Source: a virus (Duplodnaviria > Caudoviricetes). Taken from it: DNA of 64,000 nucleotides. The notes below the pieces were generated by a model, which ran no database searches, was not told where the DNA came from, and saw nothing but the letters and a program-made list of their open reading frames with translations. Shown here one piece after another: positions 21,639 to 28,776 of this stretch. Made by a program: the position numbers and the translations under genes. The DNA lies in the IMG/VR virus record IMGVR_UViG_3300025715_000017, positions 25,718 to 89,717 of that record, one strand, 5' to 3'. Position 1 is the stretch's first letter. Each line of letters opens with the position of its first letter.

Positions 21639-23213
21639 ATGGATAGAATGATTGTTATAGCAGCAACTGATGAAGTTAAGGAGATTCTTGATCTTACTTT
21701 ACCAAAAATTCAGGCGTTTGCGGATAATTGTGGTGCTTATTTGAAAATGCTTACAGGTTTACCTGCTAAGTATCAACATGGCAAGTATCGCATATTTGAA
21801 GTCGGAGAATTAGAAGCCAAACGTATACTTATCATGGATCTAGATCTGCTGCCAAGAGACGGTGCGCCAAATATCTTCGAGGTATACCCTACTGGTAATT
21901 GGATGTTCAATGAAGGACGTTATCGTGGGCATGGTTTTGTGAGCCACCGTAAAGAGATGGACAAGTATGTGCGAACTGCTGGTTTACCACAATGTGTCTG
22001 GCCTTCGCGGGATTGGTGGAACCCTGGAATCTCATTATTAGATCGAGAAGCAGCAAAAGCAATTTTTCAAATGCCACCTTGGGATGTCACAACTAAATTA
22101 CATAATGTATCTAATGGCATGGCAGTTAAGAACATGCCTTGGGTAAATTATCGCATAGCTCTTACAGGAACAAAAATCAATAGCATAGATGCACGCTGGA
22201 ATACTTTCCCTTCCATGCCTTTAGATGCTCAAAAGAAAGCATATATTTGGCATTGCTTTTGCAATGAAATTCAAGTAGACAGAACAAAAAGTAAAATTAG
22301 AGTTATCAAGCAGATGTGCAAGCGACATGGAGAATCTTTAATCCCTAAACCCAAAGTGAATATAAGCACAAGAAAATATAAATACCGTTTACACTGCGTT
22401 AGTGGCAAGCAAACAAGGAAATGGATACTTGGGCGTATGCAAGATGAGATCATTAAATATGCCCCAAGTGATGTTGAAGTTACTCAAAGTGGCAACCCTG
22501 TTGATGAACCAAGAACAATAAACTGGTACAACCCTTATCGTATTTATGGAAGCAAGAGTCAATACGCTTTGGATGTGGTTTTTTGCACACATCCCGAAGT
22601 ATTACCAACTTGGAATAAAGCAATTGCAGAAGCAGATCACATCATTTGCATGTGCAAACAATATACACCCGATAAATCAAATGTCTCTTTAATTTACCCA
22701 GGAATAGATCCAGAGTATTATAATACGAAATTACGTATTTTCAACCCGGTTATGATGAGCCATTCACGAAAAGGCTTAGCTGACTGGCAACTTCTTAGCA
22801 AATTAGACTGGTTGGATTGTCATTGTAGTAATGGACAATTAACCAAAGAACAATTGCTTGCTTATTATCTTGCAGCAGATGTAGTATTATCAACTGCCAC
22901 AATGGAAGGTGGGCCAATGTTAATACTTGAAGCGGCGGCTCTTGGCAAATTATGCTATGCAAGAAAGGGAGTAGGCTTTGTTGATGATTTCGTATTTCCT
23001 AATCTTCATACTTATTCAAATGTCATTGATCTCATAAACATTTTGCAACAGATATACTATAATAAAGAAAAAGTTGGAAATTGGGAATACACATGGAAGC
23101 AATGGGCAGAAAAACATTGGCAAATTTTCAATAATCTTGAAAAACAAATGAAGGACTTTCCGAATTTTAAAGAGAAAACCCGGATCATTCCGGTGAAAAG
23201 AAGGAAACGATGA
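21639..23213 (+). CDS. Two-domain glycosyltransferase: N-terminal GT8-like (GT-A) plus C-terminal GT4-like (GT-B)
   Basis: LIMDLDLL (DxD), WWNPGISLL, RWN, IWH in the N-domain; ADVVLSTATMEGGPMLILEAAALGK in the C-domain. Confidence 0.75.
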   Translation: MDRMIVIAATDEVKEILDLTLPKIQAFADNCGAYLKMLTGLPAKYQHGKYRIFEVGELEAKRILIMDLDLLPRDGAPNIFEVYPTGNWMFNEGRYRGHGFVSHRKEMDKYVRTAGLPQCVWPSRDWWNPGISLLDREAAKAIFQMPPWDVTTKLHNVSNGMAVKNMPWVNYRIALTGTKINSIDARWNTFPSMPLDAQKKAYIWHCFCNEIQVDRTKSKIRVIKQMCKRHGESLIPKPKVNISTRKYKYRLHCVSGKQTRKWILGRMQDEIIKYAPSDVEVTQSGNPVDEPRTINWYNPYRIYGSKSQYALDVVFCTHPEVLPTWNKAIAEADHIICMCKQYTPDKSNVSLIYPGIDPEYYNTKLRIFNPVMMSHSRKGLADWQLLSKLDWLDCHCSNGQLTKEQLLAYYLAADVVLSTATMEGGPMLILEAAALGKLCYARKGVGFVDDFVFPNLHTYSNVIDLINILQQIYYNKEKVGNWEYTWKQWAEKHWQIFNNLEKQMKDFPNFKEKTRIIPVKRRKR

Positions 23214-23518
23214 ATATGCGTTACATGATCTCACTGGTAGTTGTTGCATCATTGTTATCTGGATGTGCGCCGCTTCTCAATGGGCAAACAATGACTGGCA
23301 AATCAAAACTTGAAGTTGCCATTGAGAATGCTAAAACGGTGCTGGAAGCCTGTAGTTTGGCTCTTGAGCTTTATCAAGATTTAGGCAAACCAGAAGACGC
23401 TGAAAAGATTATATCTCTTCAGCGTCGGATTCTGATTGTTCAAAACTATCTTGATAGACTGCTGGACGAGGGTATTTCAGCGGCAGATCCACCCCCGTGG
23501 GAAGATGAAGACTGGTGA
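23210..23518 (+). CDS. Lipoprotein (possible spanin or exclusion protein)
   Basis: Signal peptide with lipobox LLSG-C. Confidence 0.65.
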   Translation: MNMRYMISLVVVASLLSGCAPLLNGQTMTGKSKLEVAIENAKTVLEACSLALELYQDLGKPEDAEKIISLQRRILIVQNYLDRLLDEGISAADPPPWEDEDW

Positions 23519-24083
23519 TTTTCTCATAGACTTCAGCAATATAGTAAGCTTTATCAAGGAGTGTCCTGCTTCTAGGAGCAGGCACTCCTAATTTAGTGCC
23601 TATGTGTCTAAGACTTACAGATGAAAATGGCCAATATTCATTATTTAACTCCGCTAAATCGTTCCAGTAAAGTCCAACGGGCATGAGATCTCTATACCAA
23701 TAGGAGAAGTAGTCATCATATAAGGGCACATGATCTGCGTAGCCCAGCCATTTGGCAACAAAGGGTCGATGAATTGCCCACTCATAAGATATTGGCATGA
23801 TTCTTTTATTAAAGGCCAATCCAAGTTTTCTGAACCAGTTGTCAAACAATTGGTATGACGCGGACATTCCAAACCCGTATTTTCGACAGTTGTCATATTG
23901 TTCAATGGTTAAATTACCTTTATTGATTGTACTAAATCTTATATTGAAAGGTAAAATTGAATTATCTACCACAAGATTAGTGATTGGCACAATAGCGATT
24001 TCAGCAATTTCATGAAACTCCAAATCAGGGCCATTTGTCCGTGTAAGCACTACACATGGCTTATGACGATTGAAATGTTTCAT
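23409..24083 (-). CDS. DEDD/DnaQ-like exonuclease fold with degenerate catalytic motifs
   Basis: VVLTRTNGPDLEFHEIAEIAIV resembles ExoI; SLRHIGTKLGV...RTLLDKAYYIAEVY resembles ExoIII. Confidence 0.55.
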   Translation of the reverse strand: MKHFNRHKPCVVLTRTNGPDLEFHEIAEIAIVPITNLVVDNSILPFNIRFSTINKGNLTIEQYDNCRKYGFGMSASYQLFDNWFRKLGLAFNKRIMPISYEWAIHRPFVAKWLGYADHVPLYDDYFSYWYRDLMPVGLYWNDLAELNNEYWPFSSVSLRHIGTKLGVPAPRSRTLLDKAYYIAEVYEKITSLHLPTGVDLPLKYPRPAVYQDSFEQSESDAEEI

Positions 24084-24333
24084 TTGCTTCCAACCAGTCA
24101 ATAATTATTTGGCCGTGGCAAGGCCGTGGAGCGCAAAAACATCCCAATGTCTTACCACGCAGCTTCAAAACTTCTTCACGAAAAAGGGGATCAATTTTCA
24201 CACGCATCAAAAAATACTTTTCATATCGTGCTATAAGATCGGTTCGTTTTCCTTTAGTGAAAGGATTACCGAATATACTAGGGCGACCAATATAAACATC
24301 ATATATTTCTTTCCTGCAATCCACGATTTTCAT
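24061..24333 (-). CDS. DUF4326-family protein
   Basis: YDVYIGRPSIFGNPF and LRGKTLGCFCAPRPCHG signature. Confidence 0.8.
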   Translation of the reverse strand: MKIVDCRKEIYDVYIGRPSIFGNPFTKGKRTDLIARYEKYFLMRVKIDPLFREEVLKLRGKTLGCFCAPRPCHGQIIIDWLEANETFQSS

Positions 24334-24977
24334 ATTCTCGGATCTCCTTTCAAGTAATAGCCACAAAGATCATAAAATGCTCTGCTTGTTTCCATACCTG
24401 CCCACCCATCAATCTTACCCTCATAGTAACCCAAATCTTTTAAAAGTTTCTGTACTTTGGTTGCTAGGATAACTTCTTCAGTAGTTGGACGTGTATCCTT
24501 GAAACGCAAAATAGTAGTTATGCCTAAATATGATCTAATGTTAGACATATTTACGAATACACCAGGGCAGGATTTATTAACTGGAGATACCTCTGTCAAC
24601 TTATCTCGGAGAATGATATCATTTACCTCGTTATGTCCAATTACATTCTCTGGTGGTATGTTATATTTTGACATGTCGTCTTGTGTGAGGCGTAAACCGG
24701 AATCTAGTTGACGTGGCGTGAGTGGCATGAAATCACCATGTCCTGAAAAACAATAGCCAATAGCCCTACTATTTAACCCTTGAACATGGGCACCCGCTTC
24801 ATCATATGATCTTCCATTCTCAATGGTGCCATCGAAACGGATGACACGTTGATACCCTATACCTTTCCACCCTCTTGCTTTATGCCACTGATCTATCTCA
24901 GCAGCGCTAGTGTCAAGAGCAACACCTTCTTTTGTTGCGTGTGCAGCAGTATGCCACACAATGTACTGGAATTTCAT
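24330..24977 (-). CDS. Endolysin: N-acetylmuramoyl-L-alanine amidase (T7-lysozyme-like) with C-terminal peptidoglycan-binding domain
   Basis: IVWHT, IDQWHKARGWKGIGY, GAHVQGLNS, GH.E, KSCPG; C-terminal QKLLKDLGYY.GKIDG.AG.ET. Confidence 0.85.
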   Translation of the reverse strand: MKFQYIVWHTAAHATKEGVALDTSAAEIDQWHKARGWKGIGYQRVIRFDGTIENGRSYDEAGAHVQGLNSRAIGYCFSGHGDFMPLTPRQLDSGLRLTQDDMSKYNIPPENVIGHNEVNDIILRDKLTEVSPVNKSCPGVFVNMSNIRSYLGITTILRFKDTRPTTEEVILATKVQKLLKDLGYYEGKIDGWAGMETSRAFYDLCGYYLKGDPRI

Positions 24978-25044
24978 TTGACCTCACTTTCTCGTGACAG
25001 TAGCCACTCTTCAATTATTCTAGACACTGCACTATCAAATTCAG

Positions 25045-25299
25045 TTATACTCCGTTTGCCATCAATAACGTCATGGAAAAAGATACACTTCGATGTATAT
25101 TCACGGTTATATCGACATCGCGCATAATATCAAATTCCTGACGCATATAACAATGATCCATACGCATGGTATTCATTTCTCCACGTAATTTTTCAATATC
25201 TTGTTTTTGTCTTGTGATTTCTCCTGCAAGACAGACAAAAGTTATTGAAACAACAACTATGAGAAGCATGAATAAAGCTATTGCAAATTCGACGCGCAT
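25045..25299 (-). CDS. Membrane-anchored coiled-coil protein (possible spanin-like)
   Basis: N-terminal hydrophobic helix then heptad-like segment; directly upstream of the endolysin. Confidence 0.5.
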   Translation of the reverse strand: MRVEFAIALFMLLIVVVSITFVCLAGEITRQKQDIEKLRGEMNTMRMDHCYMRQEFDIMRDVDITVNIHRSVSFSMTLLMANGV

Positions 25300-25535
25300 T
25301 GATTTTCCTCTGCGTATTCTAATAGACTGTTAAGATGGGTTTGAAACTCAAAATGAAATGTATTTAATTCTGCATATTTTTGTTGAAGATTTTTGTAAAT
25401 TTCAAGTGGATCACCCTGATGAAATCGCAATTGATTATTGAGCAAGACAATATCTTTTTCAACTTGCTCATAAGCATCGGCTTTTTCAGCGATCACTTTC
25501 GCCAAGATACTAAGTATTGTTATATCATTATTCAT
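25278..25535 (-). CDS. Hypothetical coiled-coil protein
   Basis: ORF in the minus-strand operon, overlapping its neighbour. Confidence 0.55.
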   Translation of the reverse strand: MNNDITILSILAKVIAEKADAYEQVEKDIVLLNNQLRFHQGDPLEIYKNLQQKYAELNTFHFEFQTHLNSLLEYAEENQCASNLQ

Positions 25536-25572
25536 GTTATCAATCTGGAATTATTTACCCATTCGTCTTCTC

Positions 25573-25710
25573 TTAAAAAGCCTCTATTGTAGTATATTTA
25601 ATAGGCTGTTCTAACTCCTCCTCAGCCTTTTTTATAGCCTCATTTGCCAATACATATACGGTTCTTGCCGGTACCAATGTATAAGGCACAGTGATCTTGA
25701 ATAGTGTCAT
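25573..25710 (-). CDS. Small hypothetical protein (45 aa; not in the ORF track)
   Basis: MTLFKITVPYTLVPARTVYVLANEAIKKAEEELE..., preceded by AAGGAG RBS. Confidence 0.5.
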   Translation of the reverse strand: MTLFKITVPYTLVPARTVYVLANEAIKKAEEELEQPIKYTTIEAF

Positions 25711-25841
25711 ATTTTATCTCCTTATAGTACAAGTAGGTCCTGGCCATATGATTTCACCTTGCACCTTTTTAAGAGCCGAAGTAGGATCTTTTGCAACTAC
25801 ATAAAAATAAGATTTAACTGATCCTCAAACTTGATAAAGAT

Positions 25842-26615
25842 TTAATTTTTTATCCATAATACCTCCGCGGCTTGTCCACCTTTGATCCCGCCTGGTCTTT
25901 CCCATTCATATCTTGCATCCCAAGGTGAATTTTCGTATAGCGGGGTGGGATAGCCAGATAATGCTACAAAACCTTTCATTTTGAAAATGATTTCGAGCAT
26001 GTGCTTATGATCCACTGTATGTTTATAGTGATTATTATCTTGATCTAAGTAGGGTGGATCCAAATAAAATACTGTATCTGGAGAATCATAATCAAACATG
26101 ACTGCATACCAGTCGAGATTCTCTACTTGCACATTTTTGAAACGTTCATGTATTGTTGGAAATAATAGAATCTTGCCACGATATTGCGCAGCAACTTCAT
26201 TACGCTTTTTAATAGAGCGCATCCAGCAACGATCAATCCCAGCATAGGATGTCTGCACTAAATAATACCAACGTGCAGCTCGTTCTACTAGACCTTCCGT
26301 AGTACCTGGGTCAGGTTCATTCCAATGCTCTTTGCAATACTCCCATTCCTCACGACTATGCAAAACTAACTCAAGGCGCTCCACAAGAGCATCGCAATGA
26401 TCCCGTATACAACGATAGAAATCAACAAGACCTGTGAAACGATCATTATAAACTTCCAAACCATGAGGACGTCTCCCTAATAATACTGCACCTGAGCCAC
26501 CGAAAACATCAACGAAAGTACTGCGATATGGTAAATGATCCAATATGTGCACTAACGAGGAATATTTATTGCCAGGATACCGCATTGGTGGTTTCATGGC
26601 TTTTCTGAAATTCAT
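25842..26615 (-). CDS. dam: DNA adenine methyltransferase (Dam/D12 class)
   Basis: RYPGNK, VDVFGGSGAV, EVYND, FYLDPPY. Confidence 0.9.
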   Translation of the reverse strand: MNFRKAMKPPMRYPGNKYSSLVHILDHLPYRSTFVDVFGGSGAVLLGRRPHGLEVYNDRFTGLVDFYRCIRDHCDALVERLELVLHSREEWEYCKEHWNEPDPGTTEGLVERAARWYYLVQTSYAGIDRCWMRSIKKRNEVAAQYRGKILLFPTIHERFKNVQVENLDWYAVMFDYDSPDTVFYLDPPYLDQDNNHYKHTVDHKHMLEIIFKMKGFVALSGYPTPLYENSPWDARYEWERPGGIKGGQAAEVLWIKN

Positions 26616-27334
26616 TTTTCAGCCTCCAATCTGTTGAAAAAACGTGTGGCGAGTCTATTCACTGTTGTATCTTTAAATGGTCTACTTGAGTATTTAGACA
26701 TTTCTTCTAATTGCCACCATAAATCAGGATATTCTTTGTAAAGTGTATATAATTCCGATAAGGGCTGTAGGGGACAACAATAACAACTTACACGCTTAAA
26801 TTTTGTGTATAGGCCATTCCAAGTGAAACCCTTATCATAACAATATTCCAATGCTTCTTCTTCGGTTACACCCCATTCAACTAATGGGTATCTTAAATGT
26901 GCATGTTCATTTATTCGCTTATACTCATCAGAAGCAATACCTACATATTGTGTTACATAAGAAGGCAATGTGAAACGGCTTTGCTGATGTGGATCATATC
27001 TACTTGTCATAATCATAGATTGAATCGCTCTGATTTTGATTTTCGTACACCATCTGCTATTAACACCGGGAAAACCATAACCAGTTGTGATTGGTCTTTT
27101 TGTTTTTGTTTTACGTCTTCGCCTAAACCAATAATCATAATCCATTGTTGCCGTTTTAATTTTAAGTGGCTTTATATATTCTTTTACCTCTTCAATATGC
27201 TTATACATATCGGGAAATTCTTTTGTGGTATCCACGAAAATGATCTGATGAATGGGCATTTTCTTCTCAATCATCATTAATAGCATACAAGTGCTATCTT
27301 TTCCACCACTGAAACTTACAACATGAATAGTCAA
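26612..27334 (-). CDS. PAPS-reductase-family (PP-loop) protein
   Basis: VVSFSGGKDST, FVDT..EF, RWCT..K, YPL.EWG, RVSCYCCP. Confidence 0.8.
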   Translation of the reverse strand: MTIHVVSFSGGKDSTCMLLMMIEKKMPIHQIIFVDTTKEFPDMYKHIEEVKEYIKPLKIKTATMDYDYWFRRRRKTKTKRPITTGYGFPGVNSRWCTKIKIRAIQSMIMTSRYDPHQQSRFTLPSYVTQYVGIASDEYKRINEHAHLRYPLVEWGVTEEEALEYCYDKGFTWNGLYTKFKRVSCYCCPLQPLSELYTLYKEYPDLWWQLEEMSKYSSRPFKDTTVNRLATRFFNRLEAEK

Positions 27335-27534
27335 ATGTAGTCACCTTCTTTGAAATCTTTTAATAACATACGTTCTTTATTACAGTATAGTAAAAGATGA
27401 TAACTCTCAAGAGTCTTGATGTTTGTGACATCTTTACCTTCAAGCATTTTCTTAATAGCCTCTTTCTTATTCATGACTTTTGACAATGGGCTGCCAATCT
27501 TGAGATGACAAGGTAGATAGTAAAAGGGCATCAT
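27331..27534 (-). CDS. Small hypothetical protein
   Basis: ORF overlapping the next gene; MNKKEAIKKMLEGKDV phage-like segment. Confidence 0.4.
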   Translation of the reverse strand: MMPFYYLPCHLKIGSPLSKVMNKKEAIKKMLEGKDVTNIKTLESYHLLLYCNKERMLLKDFKEGDYI

Positions 27535-27585
27535 TACTTATTTTCTGCTTGTGTGACAATGATTATGCCCAATATGACTTTATTA

Positions 27586-27930
27586 CTATTTTTCAATGCT
27601 TCCATGGGTGTCACAATCTACCCTTTTCAAATTATGCAGTAGCCATTCCAAACAATTCACAGCCATCGCATTACCTAAAACCTTTTGTCTTAGCGTGTGT
27701 GGAAATTTATTATTAAACATAACTGCTGTATATTCATCAGGAAAACCTTGTAAACGCTCAAGCTCTACTATTGTTTGATGACGTATATTTATTTTGTGTC
27801 TAGGTGCTTTATCTGTAACTATTAGATCTGAATATCTTCCATGTGAATTATCCACTATCGTAGAGGCGCGATTACTTAGAACATATTCATCAAAAGATAT
27901 TTTTCTATAGTATTTTAAGTTTTTCAACAT
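27586..27930 (-). CDS. C-terminal part (motifs IX-X) of a split C5-cytosine methyltransferase
   Basis: ELERLQGFPDEY and KVLGNAMAV. Confidence 0.75.
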   Translation of the reverse strand: MLKNLKYYRKISFDEYVLSNRASTIVDNSHGRYSDLIVTDKAPRHKINIRHQTIVELERLQGFPDEYTAVMFNNKFPHTLRQKVLGNAMAVNCLEWLLHNLKRVDCDTHGSIEK

Positions 27931-27935
27931 ACTTC

Positions 27936-28565
27936 TTACCCTGCCTCTCTGTTAGGAAATAAGATGGAAGCACATGCCCAGTTTCTAATATTTGATGAAT
28001 ATCTATTTGCGCATAACCATACTCTGCGCCTTCCCTGTGCCAATCCAAAATATCGTGCATCAAGAATGCGCCAAGCAATTTGTCTTTTTGATCCAGACAC
28101 AAAACCCGCGTTTGCCCATCTTGTTCCAATGGGATTAAGCGCATTCTGCGATCCAGACAAGTACCCAATGAATTGTCCAAAAGCGTTATCCTTAGTACTT
28201 AAACATCCGGGAACATTTTCCCAAATAATATATTTAGGATCTATTGCATCCACGTATTTTATAAATTCCAAAGTTAATTCACCACGAGGATCATTTAATG
28301 ATCGACGTGAACCAGCAACACTGAAAGATTGACAAGGTGTACCACTAACAACAAGATCAAGTTCACATTCAGGCCAATTTCGCCACCCTAAAAAATTGCC
28401 ATAATTAGGCGTTTTAGGATAGTGATATCGTAAAATTGCCGAAGCAAAAGGATCAATTTCTGCCATATACATATGCTCAAAGTCACCGACCCTTTTTGCA
28501 GCTAATTCTGCTGCTCCAATACCAGAACAAACTGTGGCAAATTTAATATTTTTCAAATTTTCCAT
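27936..28565 (-). CDS. N-terminal catalytic part (motifs I-VIII) of a split C5-cytosine methyltransferase
   Basis: FATVCSGIGA, EID, SGTPCQSFS.AG, WENVPG, AQGRRRVW. Confidence 0.85.
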   Translation of the reverse strand: MENLKNIKFATVCSGIGAAELAAKRVGDFEHMYMAEIDPFASAILRYHYPKTPNYGNFLGWRNWPECELDLVVSGTPCQSFSVAGSRRSLNDPRGELTLEFIKYVDAIDPKYIIWENVPGCLSTKDNAFGQFIGYLSGSQNALNPIGTRWANAGFVSGSKRQIAWRILDARYFGLAQGRRRVWLCANRYSSNIRNWACASILFPNREAG

Positions 28566-28776
28566 CTGAACCAATCTGACGGCAATTCACGATACGCGGC
28601 CGTGTTCCATGATAAATATAAGGTACAATATCAGAAACTTCTACGAAATGGCCTATAGGATCCTTATGATCTTCATCCATCCAAGCAGTTAGATTGACTT
28701 TATAAGCAGTGCCCTTGTCGTCAAAGCACAAATAAGTATTGTCAGTCTTATTATAGCTCGTTACTCGAAGAATCAT
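28543..28776 (-). CDS. Small hypothetical protein, probable paralog of 47924-48142
   Basis: GGAGG RBS; M.LRV...Y.V...G..+EV..+.PYI..G..PRI pattern. Confidence 0.55.
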   Translation of the reverse strand: MILRVTSYNKTDNTYLCFDDKGTAYKVNLTAWMDEDHKDPIGHFVEVSDIVPYIYHGTRPRIVNCRQIGSDGKFEKY

